This document shows, piece after piece, positions 9,058-19,853 of a stretch of 64,000 bases of DNA. The DNA lies in NCBI GenBank assembly GCA_963727805.1, contig CAVSHF010000003.1, positions 736,001 through 800,000 on the forward strand, read 5' to 3'. Position 1 is the first letter of the stretch. Every line of letters begins with the position of its first letter. The position numbers and the translations under genes were made by a program. The notes beneath the pieces are model-generated. The model searched no databases, was not told where the DNA came from, and saw only the letters and a program-made list of their open reading frames with translations. The stretch is from an uncultured Nitrospiraceae bacterium (GTDB lineage: Bacteria; Nitrospirota; Thermodesulfovibrionia; Thermodesulfovibrionales; Dissulfurispiraceae).

Positions 9058-10554
9058 TTACTTGCCTGCACTCTTATCGGCATCAGGCATGCTTTTACAT
9101 ACAACTCTGTTCCTTCCCTCTTGCTTGGCAAGATATAAGGCATCATCAACTCTTTGGATGAACCTGTCGATATTCTCTCTTTTACTGTATTCGGTGACAC
9201 CGAAGCTTGCAGTCAATTCCTTGATACCAGCAAAATTGTTTATCTCTAAAATGCACCTCAATTTCTCTGCCGCAAGACGGGCTCCCTCTACTGAAGTTTC
9301 GGGAAGAACTACCATGAACTCCTCGCCACCCCATCGACCAAACGAATCGAGGGTTCTGAGATTGGCTTGTGCTAGTGATGCTACTTCTCTCAGAACACTG
9401 TCACCGACTAAATGCCCATATGTGTCGTTTATCTTTTTAAATTTGTCTATGTCGAACATGATAAGCGATAACGGACGATTATAACGTATCGCACGCTCTC
9501 GCTCTTTTGAAATAATATGGTCCAGTGCTTGACGGTTTATAAGAGCCGTAAGCTTGTCTATTGAGGCAGCTTTTATTAGCTCCTTTTCAAGTGCTTTTCT
9601 ATCGGTTATGTCGATGCCAGTGCTGATAATGCAACAATCGGCTTCTCCTTTATCGAAAAATATGGAATTAATCCATGCGACTGTTCTTTCTGAACCGTCG
9701 ACAGCAACGAAGCTCGTTTCATAACCATTGATAAATGGCATATCTTTGGCATTAGCAATTGCAAGACGGTGTATGCTTATATCTTCAGCAACGGCAAACA
9801 CATCCCAGAGGTATCGGCCCTTCACATGGTCACTGTTAATGCCGGTCAAACGCTCGCATTCGGCATTGTATCGAATTATTGCCCCTTTAGGATCAAGCAC
9901 GACAATCAGGGTTGAGGTCGTATCCAATATTTTGGCAAGAAATTTACGCTCCTTTGCAAGTATCTTTTCAACTTTTTTACGCTCCGTGATATCCCGAATA
10001 GCAGCTACATGGACCATACGTCCCTGATAGTCAAAATAGCTGCTGGCGATCTCGACTGGAAACACTTTACCACTTTTATTGCGGTGCCAGCGGAAGGGAA
10101 TATGTGTCTGGTGTGTGGCTACAGCCTCACGGGTCTCATCCGGTTCCGCGGATATATCATCAACTTTTAAAAGGAGGAATTCTTCGCGTGTGTAAGCGTA
10201 GAGATTCAACGATGCGACGTTAGCGTCAAGAATCCGGTTAGTTTCACAATCCACCAGGAGTATCGCGTCGGACTCAACCTCGAATAGGCGGCGATACCGC
10301 TTCTCAGTTTCACGGGCATGAATAATTAAACAAACAAGAAGATAACATACAACCAGAGAAACAAAAAAAGAGCAAACGAGACCCGTAATACATAAATCAT
10401 GAGTAACTTCCCCGTGAAAATAAATACTCATTGGTATTACTATAATCTGCGTGAAGATTATCGCTAAAGCTATTGATAACCCAATAAGGCGGGCTGGTTT
10501 CATCGATATCAGCTTGTCGATGAGTAGACTTTTACCTGAAGGCAATAGTTGCAT
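9058..10554 (-). CDS. Membrane PAS-PAS diguanylate cyclase
   Basis: Two TM segments, two PAS/PAC domains (RDITERK, DITDRK), RWGGEEF. Confidence 0.9.
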   Translation of the reverse strand: MQLLPSGKSLLIDKLISMKPARLIGLSIALAIIFTQIIVIPMSIYFHGEVTHDLCITGLVCSFFVSLVVCYLLVCLIIHARETEKRYRRLFEVESDAILLVDCETNRILDANVASLNLYAYTREEFLLLKVDDISAEPDETREAVATHQTHIPFRWHRNKSGKVFPVEIASSYFDYQGRMVHVAAIRDITERKKVEKILAKERKFLAKILDTTSTLIVVLDPKGAIIRYNAECERLTGINSDHVKGRYLWDVFAVAEDISIHRLAIANAKDMPFINGYETSFVAVDGSERTVAWINSIFFDKGEADCCIISTGIDITDRKALEKELIKAASIDKLTALINRQALDHIISKERERAIRYNRPLSLIMFDIDKFKKINDTYGHLVGDSVLREVASLAQANLRTLDSFGRWGGEEFMVVLPETSVEGARLAAEKLRCILEINNFAGIKELTASFGVTEYSKRENIDRFIQRVDDALYLAKQEGRNRVVCKSMPDADKSAGK

Positions 10555-11009
10555 ACCAGATAGCCCCTTTTATCATAAAAAAGGAAGTTTACTTGATATT
10601 AGCACACAAAGGGTCTTAATGGATTTTTGAATAACCCTTCTTCGTATTAAAGATTCATAACTTTGCCCATCATATTACTTAACCTTACTAACATATTGCC
10701 ACACACATCATTTTCCCATTCATCCCGGGTTAAATTATTCGCAAAACACTTCCGCAAAAAAAGCACAAAGTATTCGATACCGCATGCGGCTGTTGGTTTC
10801 ACAAAATTGGCTAGTAGAGATTAAAAAATTATAACAGACAATAAGGAATGAAGATATGAGGTCTAGTTTGGTGGTCGATTAATTTAAGACACACTAAATT
10901 CTTCTTCGAAAACAATTATGTCGCAGATATTTTACCTTGTCAATTGTGATAATACATTTTCTCCATCAAGGAAAATTCCTTAAAAAAGCTACAAATGAAC
11001 GAATATCGG

Positions 11010-13007
11010 CTAGACGTTAGCGCAATAATGATTATAATTATTACGGCCGAGTCGTTTTGCCTGGTACATTGCCATATCGGCGTTTTTCAGCAAGGTCTCT
11101 CCGTCCTCACCATCATCAGGCGACACAGAAATCCCTATGCTCGCGCTAATCGTCAGTTTATGCCCATTGGCGATGATCGGGATTGCCAACTCCTCGATGA
11201 TTCTTTCTGCGACTGCAGCAGCCTCGCTCTGATGCTCGATATCCTGAAGAACGACTACAAACTCATCGCCGCCGAGCCGGGAGAGGGTATCCTTCTTACG
11301 AAGGCATACAGAAATTCTATTGGCTGTCTCCCTTAATACATCGTCACCCACATCGTGACCGTAGCGGTCATTTATCAATTTGAAATGGTCAAGATCCAGG
11401 AACATGATGCCAGCCTTCTTTCTCTGGTCGTCTGCAGAAACAACAGCGAGTCGAATACGATCCTGTAGCAGGATTCGGTTCGGTAATGCTGTGAGAGCGT
11501 CGTAAAATGCCATTCCCCGAATACGTTCTTCCGATTCGACCCGCTCAGTTACATCGCTGATTACTAAAACCGCTCCAGCAGCAGCTTCAGCATGGACGAC
11601 CGGTGTCATTGTGAATTCGAATGTGCCGCGGGGCTTTTCAAGGCTTTGAGACCATTTGAACTTCCCCTGCTCTGCCAAAGACGCAATATCCGGCCATACC
11701 GGCGGAGGGACGTCAGTGCCGAATATCACACAATATCCATATTGGTCTCGAACCTTCTGCAGCGTGGCCCTAAATAAGTCTTCGGCAGCGCGGTTCATCC
11801 GTACTATCCGACTCTCTCTGTCAAGGGTTATAACCGCCTCATGTACCGAGTTGAATGTGCGCTCCCAGTCTCCGGCGGCCTGTTGCAAAGAGCCGAACGT
11901 CTGTTTGAGTTTTGCAGTCAGACCCAAAAAAGATGACGCGAGCATACCGATTTCATCATGAGAATGGATCTTCTTTAGGATATCAAAAGACGAGTCTGCG
12001 ACAGCGTAAGTCCCCTTCGTCTCTGCATCTTCAAGTTCTCTGCTGATCCTAAGCGCAACACTTTCCAAATGATGAAGCGGTCCTGTTACACGGCGTACTG
12101 CCACAGCGCCGATTATGATAACAAGCAGTATTGCAATGCCCGCCATGAAGATGATATGCTCACGTGCCTCCGAAATGGGAGCGTAGGCCTCCTTCTGCGG
12201 TACTTGGACAGCAACGATCCAATCTGTCTTCGGAACCTGTCTAACCGCAAGCAGCATGGGCACACCCTGCGAGTTCACAGCCTCGCCGCCCCCCTGGAAG
12301 CCTCCGAGCGCGGCGTCCATTATCTTGTTTTTCCCCGCCTCAACATAGGTAAGCAACCGGTCGCCCTCTGGGTGCAAGACCAACTGACGAGCCCTGTCAA
12401 ATATGAACAAGTAACCGGAATCCCCGAACTTCTGTTTGCGGTAACCTCCTAAGGCTTCCTCTGACAGAAGATCTGCAGAGCAGGCTACTACAGCTATGAA
12501 CTGCCCGTGCGTATCATGAACCGGAGCAGTGAATGTAAGCACCGGCAGTCCCGTCCGCGCGGACTTGTAAGGCTTTCCGAGGATACCATTTTTCTCCCGA
12601 ATGGTCCGCTGGTAATATTCCCTGTATGCGAACGTTTGCCCCTTCAATTCTGGATGGGAAGGATAATCCCCTAAAAATCTCCCTTCGCTGTCGAGTATGA
12701 ATATTCCGTTCTTGAATTTGGGGAATGTCTCGAACATTTTTTTTAAATGCGATTCCACCTCGTTCATGTCGCCTCTGAGTAGGGCTTCCTCAGGCAGTGT
12801 AACAGCGACGGCGCGAGCGTCCAAGAGGCCTTCGTCAACAAATGCTTCGATTCCGTGGGCAGCAAGCTTTGCCTGGCCGTCAATGCCCTTGAAAATGGTT
12901 TGCTTGAGAGACACTTCCTGGTAATGCACCAAAAAGCGTCCTGAAATTATAAGCACGGTGCTAACAATTATCGCAAGCAGTAAAATTGTCTTCGTGCCTA
13001 GATTCAT
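11010..13007 (-). CDS. Cache-HAMP-PAS diguanylate cyclase
   Basis: Periplasmic Cache-like region between TM helices, HAMP (DEIGMLA), RLGGDEF. Confidence 0.9.
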   Translation of the reverse strand: MNLGTKTILLLAIIVSTVLIISGRFLVHYQEVSLKQTIFKGIDGQAKLAAHGIEAFVDEGLLDARAVAVTLPEEALLRGDMNEVESHLKKMFETFPKFKNGIFILDSEGRFLGDYPSHPELKGQTFAYREYYQRTIREKNGILGKPYKSARTGLPVLTFTAPVHDTHGQFIAVVACSADLLSEEALGGYRKQKFGDSGYLFIFDRARQLVLHPEGDRLLTYVEAGKNKIMDAALGGFQGGGEAVNSQGVPMLLAVRQVPKTDWIVAVQVPQKEAYAPISEAREHIIFMAGIAILLVIIIGAVAVRRVTGPLHHLESVALRISRELEDAETKGTYAVADSSFDILKKIHSHDEIGMLASSFLGLTAKLKQTFGSLQQAAGDWERTFNSVHEAVITLDRESRIVRMNRAAEDLFRATLQKVRDQYGYCVIFGTDVPPPVWPDIASLAEQGKFKWSQSLEKPRGTFEFTMTPVVHAEAAAGAVLVISDVTERVESEERIRGMAFYDALTALPNRILLQDRIRLAVVSADDQRKKAGIMFLDLDHFKLINDRYGHDVGDDVLRETANRISVCLRKKDTLSRLGGDEFVVVLQDIEHQSEAAAVAERIIEELAIPIIANGHKLTISASIGISVSPDDGEDGETLLKNADMAMYQAKRLGRNNYNHYCANV

Positions 13008-13418
13008 GATTTACTCCCCGCTTTATTGCATTCCATCTGACATCTCACTTTTTTTAGGCAAAGATAGCTGTCATTTAAAGATGAGAAATGCTCTGGCAGC
13101 ATCAATGTTGATCGCGCATCTACGATGTCTCAATACACAAATTATAAGTGAATTAGATTTCATAATCATAGTGTAAAGAGCCTAATAAGTCAGTAATCTA
13201 TAGCCTTGGTGATAACGATCACAAAAAGTGCGAGGATAACGTCAAATATCTCGTCAGCAATTTTTCGCGAAAGTCCCGTCATCTTCCTGAAAGATCCATA
13301 CTCAATATATGGTAAAATATTGCAGCTTGTTACAGATAATCCTAGAGCGAGGCAACCGTTTCTCAATATGATATTGAAAAACCTGACTCCGCATTTGTGT
13401 TCGATGCTTGAGTGGGAA

Positions 13419-13895
13419 TTGACCTTTAAAAAGATTTTAATCTTGACCTCCATAGCTTGCATTCTCCTCATGCACGCTTCGGCGGTTCATGCTGCCTGCG
13501 GGAACGATATTCTCGGGCTTTGGAACAATGAAGAAAAAGATGCTCAGATAGAAATCTTCCGGTGCGAAGGCAAGTACTGCGGCAAGATCGTCTGGATCGA
13601 TAAACCGCTCTATTCAGCTGATGAGGGCCAGGCGAGAACGGGCCTGCCGAGAAGAGATGACAACAACCCGAATCCGAACCTCAGGTCTCGTCCCATCATC
13701 GGTCTTCAAATCATGACAGCCTTCGAATTCACAGGGGATTTCATTTGGGGCGGAGGAAAGGTCTATGACCCGAACAGTGGCAAGACTTATAGCGGGAAAA
13801 TGACTCTCGTATCCAGCGACCGCCTGTTACTGAGAGGATACGTGCTCTTTTCGCTGTTCGGAAGGACCTCCACCTGGACCCGCGTTCGCCCCTGA
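13419..13895 (+). CDS. DUF2147 family exported protein (start inferred; the track ORF begins at 13206)
   Basis: D.NNPNPNLRSRPIIG, YDPNSGKTY and GRTSTWTR motifs. Confidence 0.8.
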   Translation: MTFKKILILTSIACILLMHASAVHAACGNDILGLWNNEEKDAQIEIFRCEGKYCGKIVWIDKPLYSADEGQARTGLPRRDDNNPNPNLRSRPIIGLQIMTAFEFTGDFIWGGGKVYDPNSGKTYSGKMTLVSSDRLLLRGYVLFSLFGRTSTWTRVRP

Positions 13896-14042
13896 TTTAT
13901 GCCAACTCGTTTATCTGTATAGGCATTACATTACATACTTCATTTTTCCGGGAAAGTCAACCACAGTGCTAAGCGAAACACAATCGCACGTAAGTGTTTA
14001 TTAGGGTTGTGGGCAGCATGAGAATTGATTCTTCAGTCGTTG

Positions 14043-14441
14043 TTATTTCCATTTTCTTATTTTTATGTTGTCTGCTGATTGCACGCAAACAAGCCGCATG
14101 ACACCAGGCTTGTCATTGGTAAAAGGGCAAACTATAAAATCTGCATACATTACAGTTTCCCAACTGAGCTTATGCACCAACTCATCCGGTATATTTCCGT
14201 AATCATCTAGATAAAACCTGCCTTCAGATATGCCGAGTATGCGTTTTGTGCCAACCGGCCATATTCTTGTGCTCGGAGTGCCGTTAGAAAAAAACATCCT
14301 TCCTCTCACTTTGAAACAAGGGCCAGAAAGCATTGGGTGTTCTTTACATGTTTTTTTCTGTAATATTTCCTCACCGTGACTTATACCAACAGCACCAATC
14401 AGAATGAACAAAACTATGCCAATGCAGTGTATTGTCTTCAT
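14043..14441 (-). CDS. Hypothetical exported protein
   Basis: Signal peptide, four Cys after the signal peptide, clean ORF. Confidence 0.6.
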   Translation of the reverse strand: MKTIHCIGIVLFILIGAVGISHGEEILQKKTCKEHPMLSGPCFKVRGRMFFSNGTPSTRIWPVGTKRILGISEGRFYLDDYGNIPDELVHKLSWETVMYADFIVCPFTNDKPGVMRLVCVQSADNIKIRKWK

Positions 14442-14735
14442 TTCATATTTGTTTCATGAGTCCGATGCTAGAACCATAAAGCGAAGTCAAACAGAATTCG
14501 AACGAGTGATTCGTTATGCACGGCTTTTGACCTCATTTCTTAAATACTTTAGTGATTTTTTTAAACTGCCACCAATATGGGGACTAAAAATAAAATGAGC
14601 ATCGGATTTAATGCTGGGGCAACACATTGCATCACCCGGACCGTATTCCAATGCAGGTCCCACAAGAGCAATATTGCCTTTTAATTGTTCAGTTCTCGCA
14701 TTCTTAAACGCAACGCCTTGCTGCGAAACTATATC

Positions 14736-15410
14736 TCAATCCTGATATGGTCTTCTATCGAGCCTTTCACTGCATCCCGATTTTTTCGCCTTCCAAACCC
14801 AGCCGATATTGCCGATCAGAAGATAAACCCACCTCGGTATGATGGGCTTTGCCATGAGCGTAATGGCCCGTTGCGGCAGATGCTCACCCTTGGCCAGGGC
14901 CTCTGCTGCAAGATCGAGAGACTTCTTCACATTTCGCACTAGCCCTCCTGCTTCCTCCAAAGGGCGTCCACCGATGGATTCGCCGCCTCCGAGGGCAAGC
15001 CCACCCGCCCATTCAAACCCACACTCTAGGGCAAATCGCCTGCTTATCGCGAGCGATAGATCATTGTGCGAGGATTCGGGGAAACCAGAATTCGAAATTG
15101 CAACCATCATGTGCTTCTTTATCTGGTGTTTGTCCTTCAGTTCCTCACGTGTCAATTCCATCGCCGCTATTACGCCGGAATGATGGCTATCGGCATAAAG
15201 CGGAGAGGCGAGTATTATGATATCCGCTTCCTCTATGTCTCGGAGCAGGGTATCGATGCCTAGTCCCGAAACCAACGACTGCTGAATGAAAACTTTGTTT
15301 ACGCTCACGCCCTTTTCTTTTAGCCTCTCAAGAAGATATGTTCCAAGGGCATCTGAAGTGCTCTTTGGTCCTCTGGGGCTTCCAATGAGTAAAGTGGCAC
15401 GCACGCTCAT
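14736..15410 (-). CDS. Flavodoxin-like / NADPH-dependent FMN reductase family protein
   Basis: IGSPRG and ADIIILASPLYAD motifs. Confidence 0.75.
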   Translation of the reverse strand: MSVRATLLIGSPRGPKSTSDALGTYLLERLKEKGVSVNKVFIQQSLVSGLGIDTLLRDIEEADIIILASPLYADSHHSGVIAAMELTREELKDKHQIKKHMMVAISNSGFPESSHNDLSLAISRRFALECGFEWAGGLALGGGESIGGRPLEEAGGLVRNVKKSLDLAAEALAKGEHLPQRAITLMAKPIIPRWVYLLIGNIGWVWKAKKSGCSERLDRRPYQD

Positions 15411-15985
15411 TTCTTCATGTTCCTCAAAATAGATCGCAGTCCTTCTCCTATCTGCTCCCGGTTCTCAGAACGGTAATAAACGACAGATTGCGCGGCAGGA
15501 CAGTGAAGATTTATAGCATTCCTTTCCACAAGCTTCCTAAATATTCGCTCGCTCTCCTCTTCAGGACTAGGCAGGATTCCTATGCCTATAAGGCGTGGCA
15601 AAGGCTTATAGCGCGCCTTGTGATGAACCTCGCCCTCTATTTTGGTGAAAAAAGGCAGAAGCATCGGGCAGGAAAACCTGTCCACAGCCTTCTTGAGTTC
15701 AGATGAATATCCACCAAATGTAATGGGTGTGAGGTAAATCATCAAATCGCATTGGATGGCCTTTCTTCCTAACTCTCTCCCGAAATCATCTATTACGCAA
15801 ATACCCGGAGTCTTTGTCCAACAGCCAAAGCATCCTGTGCATCGAGCGATCTTTTTCTCCCGAAGTAAGACAGTCTCAACTGGCCAGCCATCAAGAGACA
15901 GCGCATGAACGATTGTTTCATGCACAAAACCTGTGACATTTTCGCCTTTTCTCTCCCCATTTAAGATGAGAGTTTTCATTGCCAC
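15407..15985 (-). CDS. Iron-sulfur flavoprotein (flavodoxin family)
   Basis: CTGCFGCWTKTPGIC motif; 4-nt overlap with the downstream gene. Confidence 0.8.
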   Translation of the reverse strand: MAMKTLILNGERKGENVTGFVHETIVHALSLDGWPVETVLLREKKIARCTGCFGCWTKTPGICVIDDFGRELGRKAIQCDLMIYLTPITFGGYSSELKKAVDRFSCPMLLPFFTKIEGEVHHKARYKPLPRLIGIGILPSPEEESERIFRKLVERNAINLHCPAAQSVVYYRSENREQIGEGLRSILRNMKK

Positions 15986-16104
15986 TGGACTTCCCCCTCA
16001 ACAAATAGATCAAAAAAATTATTCATTTTACTACACCCTGATGAATATTTATATTAAAACTCAAGATTCTTGACGAAATATTCGGCATATTGGAAGGCAC
16101 TAGT

Positions 16105-16737
16105 CTAATCCCCGGCCATGATGATACAAGACATCAGGGCAGAAGCCCAGATAGTATCCGAACGCGAAAGCTGAAATTCGCACGTCGAATCGAAGAACAG
16201 GTGCACTTTTGCAGGGAACTCCGCATCTTCCATCCATAAAACCATCGTGATTGGGACGCGCGGCAGTGGGTAGATCCTGATACAGGCATCGCCGAAGTCT
16301 GTGACAACCTCAGCTCCCAAGAATTCGGCTTGTGAGAGGAAGCCCTCTTTGTCGCGGGCATAGCGACAGGCGATGGCATCGAGCGGAAGCACATGGGTAC
16401 CAGCCGAGAATCGGTGTCCCCCTTTGACGTCTACCGGCCTAATCAACCTTCCTGTCGTGGGGATGTCCAGTGCGCTCGCCATATAACAGAGCACAGTAAG
16501 TCTGAAGAATGTCTCTAGTTTGTCGAGAAATATCCGTCCCCGTATGTCCGAACACGCGATCTTCATCTCACAGGGTTCGACGTAAAAATCTGTCCCAAAG
16601 CACCGTAGTACATAAGCCCCGATCTTTTCATCATAGGTCGCGACCGTTCTTTTGCATACATCTTCGCGAGAAAGAGCGCATACTTCCTGCCATGCCTTAG
16701 CTTCACCGGATTCGATCTTGATCGGCACTATTTCCAT
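16105..16737 (-). CDS. DUF3786 family protein
   Basis: LPRVPI.MVLW..D.EFPA...LFFD motif. Confidence 0.75.
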   Translation of the reverse strand: MEIVPIKIESGEAKAWQEVCALSREDVCKRTVATYDEKIGAYVLRCFGTDFYVEPCEMKIACSDIRGRIFLDKLETFFRLTVLCYMASALDIPTTGRLIRPVDVKGGHRFSAGTHVLPLDAIACRYARDKEGFLSQAEFLGAEVVTDFGDACIRIYPLPRVPITMVLWMEDAEFPAKVHLFFDSTCEFQLSRSDTIWASALMSCIIMAGD

Positions 16738-16926
16738 AGATGTTTATTTTAGCCATTTTGCAAATTAAATTTCCATTTGACGCAGAGTCGATTTCATAAT
16801 TGTAAAGCACCCTATATTTATCGCTGAGTGTAAATTTCGGCATGAAACCTCTTGACCAAACCTGCAATTTCCCCTAAAATCACACAGAAAGACGCATGTG
16901 ACATAATAAAATAGTATTAGGCAACC

Positions 16927-17712
16927 ATGGAGTTCATCATGCAATATGCGGCAGAAAGTCATAATAAAATGATCATTGCCCAGTTTTCACTGCAGGCTGT
17001 CCCATTTGCTGAACTACCGGGGCATTCGCAGTCTATTCAGATGCTAATCGGAATGTCGGGTGTATCATGTGCAGATAATGTCCTCGACGTTGCCTGTGGT
17101 CCTGGGCTTGTTGCATGTGAGTTTGCCTTACACGCCAAGCATGTCACAGGCATCGACATTACGTCGCAAATGATAAAACTAGCCAAAGAACGACACAAAG
17201 ACAAAGGCCTAACCAATCTCACATGGCAGGTCGGAGATGTTCTACCACTGCCGTTTCCAGATTCGCAATTCTCCATCGTGCTAACGCGTTACACGTTTCA
17301 CCATTTCCTCAACCCGAAGGGCGTCCTGAGTGAAATGATTCGTGTGTGCAAACCCGGCGGTAAGGTTATCATTACCGATGTCGTGCAGACAGCAGAAAAG
17401 GCTGGCGCATATGATCGGTTGGAAAAACTCCGCGATCCCTCTCATGTTCATGTGCTGACATTCCCTGAGATGGCCTCAATGGTTGCCGCTTCTGGCCTCA
17501 TCAATGTCAAGACCGCACAGTACAAGGTCGAGGGGGAACTCGAACAGCAATTGAAGGCATCGTTTCCTAATCCAGGAGGCGCGGAACAAATACGCGAGAT
17601 GTTCAAAGACGATCTTGAGCTTGATCAAATGGGAATTGACGTTCATCTTCATGGCAACGAAATTCATTTTGCCGTGCCGATCCTTGTCGTTGTGGGTGAC
17701 AAGGTCGCCTGA
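16927..17712 (+). CDS. Class I SAM-dependent methyltransferase
   Basis: VLDVACGPG, LPFPDSQF and RVCKPGG motifs. Confidence 0.85.
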   Translation: MEFIMQYAAESHNKMIIAQFSLQAVPFAELPGHSQSIQMLIGMSGVSCADNVLDVACGPGLVACEFALHAKHVTGIDITSQMIKLAKERHKDKGLTNLTWQVGDVLPLPFPDSQFSIVLTRYTFHHFLNPKGVLSEMIRVCKPGGKVIITDVVQTAEKAGAYDRLEKLRDPSHVHVLTFPEMASMVAASGLINVKTAQYKVEGELEQQLKASFPNPGGAEQIREMFKDDLELDQMGIDVHLHGNEIHFAVPILVVVGDKVA

Positions 17713-17763
17713 CATTTCGTTAGAGAGGGGCGCTCGGCAAGTGGTTTGGCTTGCTCGCTCCGC
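17707..17763 (+). other. Degenerate/truncated attC-like sequence at the methyltransferase stop
   Basis: GCCTGAC-ATTTC-GTTAGAG followed by an imperfect hairpin; no closing GTT site. Confidence 0.35.
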
Positions 17764-17857
17764 AAGTAATATTTTAAATGATAACGTCGATCGGATAACA
17801 TTCCATTTGTGATGCAATACAGATCTATAATAACTTGTTGGACATCAGGAGATAAGC

Positions 17858-18448
17858 ATGACTGAAACACTGCTGCAACTATTAGCCAAACTCGAACGAT
17901 TTGGCAAAGATAACGACAGTACGATCGCTGAACGTCCTCGACGCATGCTGAACATCACGCGCGAGACTGGTGAGTTCCTTTCAGTTCTAGTCCGCGCTAC
18001 GAACGCTGAGCGCGTGTTGGAAATTGGAACCTCAAACGGTTACTCGACTATCTGGCTCGCTGATGCCGCACATGCCATATCTGGCAATGTATGCACGGTT
18101 GAACTCTCTGAATTGAAGATTGCCTTGGCTACTAAAAACTTCGCATGCTCCGGGCTTTCGTCCGTCATCACGCAGGTTCATGACGACGCAGGTCGCGTAC
18201 TTGCCGGTACAGAAAGTGAGGCATTTGATCTGATCTTTCTCGATTCTGAGCGACTGGAATATGAAGGCTGGTGGCCTGATATCAAGCGAGTGCTTCGGCG
18301 GGGAGCTCTTCTTGTTGTGGATAATGCCATCTCCCACCTCGACGAAATGGAGCCGCTCGTCACGCTTGTCAAAGCGGATCCCGAATTCACGACCTGTCTG
18401 GTGCCGGTTGGGAACGGTGAGTTCCTCGCAACACGGTCCGCTAAGTAG
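17858..18448 (+). CDS. O-methyltransferase (family 3)
   Basis: VLEIGTSNGYST, FDLIFLD and LVVDN motifs. Confidence 0.85.
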   Translation: MTETLLQLLAKLERFGKDNDSTIAERPRRMLNITRETGEFLSVLVRATNAERVLEIGTSNGYSTIWLADAAHAISGNVCTVELSELKIALATKNFACSGLSSVITQVHDDAGRVLAGTESEAFDLIFLDSERLEYEGWWPDIKRVLRRGALLVVDNAISHLDEMEPLVTLVKADPEFTTCLVPVGNGEFLATRSAK

Positions 18449-18873
18449 CCATAACGCCCAACTTCTCAATTAATCCTGCCGCCTGCAGGCTACGCTTTTA
18501 GGTTCCCTCCGGTGAATCCGCATTTTTATCTCGTTTCATATGTGTAGGATTAAAGGAGTAAATCTGCTACCTCTTGTAACCAGAATCAACCTGAGGTAGT
18601 TAATATTAATAGCTGCGATATAATTCAGAAATCATATGTACATAAAGATAACGACTAAAGGGCGAAAAGCCGGATACGCTATGCCTCCCATGAAAATCCT
18701 CAACCCGTGTAAGGAAAACGATATTACTACCATGGCATGGTTGGCTCTTCTTAAGTTACGCGGTTTTGCGGAAATCGGCTTCGACTAAAAGACAGACAGC
18801 ACACTGTAAAACCCCGTCATTTATGACGGATCTTTATGCCGCCTTTAGATTATTAAGTCCACTAGCGTCCTTA

Positions 18874-19077
18874 TTAACGAATTACTATTTGTTTGTCCGC
18901 CAGCCCCCCATGAGGATTGCAGATTGGGCAGGCTTTGCGCACCGGAACACGTCCACTTTGACATTTGTAACATCTCAGCGGCCCTATAAAAGTCGTACCA
19001 TCACAGCATGCACACCTCTCAGTACCGTCGTACCATAAGGTATTCTTGCAGATCTTGCATTTAGTCATTAACACCAC
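18874..19077 (-). CDS. Small Cys-rich (zinc-finger-like) protein
   Basis: Four CxxC motifs in 67 aa. Confidence 0.45.
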   Translation of the reverse strand: MVLMTKCKICKNTLWYDGTERCACCDGTTFIGPLRCYKCQSGRVPVRKACPICNPHGGLADKQIVIR

Positions 19078-19156
19078 CTATAGATTCCCACTGGATGTTT
19101 ACGTATTTCGAGCATATGACAATTGCCGGAATGAGAGCTGTTTTATCTCTGCAAAC

Positions 19157-19192
19157 GAGCGGATCAGCTCATTTATATGGTCTGACCCGCTC
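19157..19192 (-). terminator. Probable intrinsic terminator hairpin
   Basis: GAGCGGATCAG...CTGACCCGCTC inverted repeat just downstream of 19237-19587. Confidence 0.5.
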
Positions 19193-19236
19193 ATAAAAAG
19201 CAACTCATTTCACTAACGTACTTGTCATCTCATGAA

Positions 19237-19587
19237 TTATTTGCCTACATTTGCAGTCTTATCATTGTGTTTCTTTTTGTATATGTTTTTACTCGCCCTA
19301 TTCTGTTGTCTCGTGAGCTTTGCCTTGTCTTTTGCTGTGAGGTTGCCATTGTCCCTTGCTGCCATGCGATCTTCCCTCTGCTTGATTCTGGCCTGTTGCG
19401 CTTCGAGTTTGCCTGTTTCCTTCGGTGTCAACTGGCCACTCTGGACACCTTGGTTTATCCTGTTTTGCTGATTAATCTCTCTCTGATCAATACCCGGGTC
19501 GTTATTTGCAGCAAAAGCTGGTGCGATTGCAAACATACATGCGATACTTCCCGTGAGAACCATGCTGATAAGTTTTTTCATAACCAC
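19237..19587 (-). CDS. Small exported helical-repeat protein
   Basis: Signal peptide; NQQNRINQGVQSGQLTPKE and NGNLTAKD repeats. Confidence 0.75.
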   Translation of the reverse strand: MVMKKLISMVLTGSIACMFAIAPAFAANNDPGIDQREINQQNRINQGVQSGQLTPKETGKLEAQQARIKQREDRMAARDNGNLTAKDKAKLTRQQNRASKNIYKKKHNDKTANVGK

Positions 19588-19853
19588 TCCTTAATCCTAA
19601 TTAGATTTCTTGAGGTAATACCTCACTGATGATCTGACTCAACGTTATCAAATCATTATGAACTGGTCATGAAGAAAATATGAAAGATTGTGAACAGGAA
19701 GGTTAGGACTGGGAATATTTGCGATTATCTTCTTGATGAAACAACAAACCACTCAGCGGTGATTCGCCCATCCTAAGCAATCAACACCCAACTGGGAATA
19801 CTCCTCTACGTGCTCTATACGATCAGCGAGTTTGCCTCGTGCGCTCATGCCAG

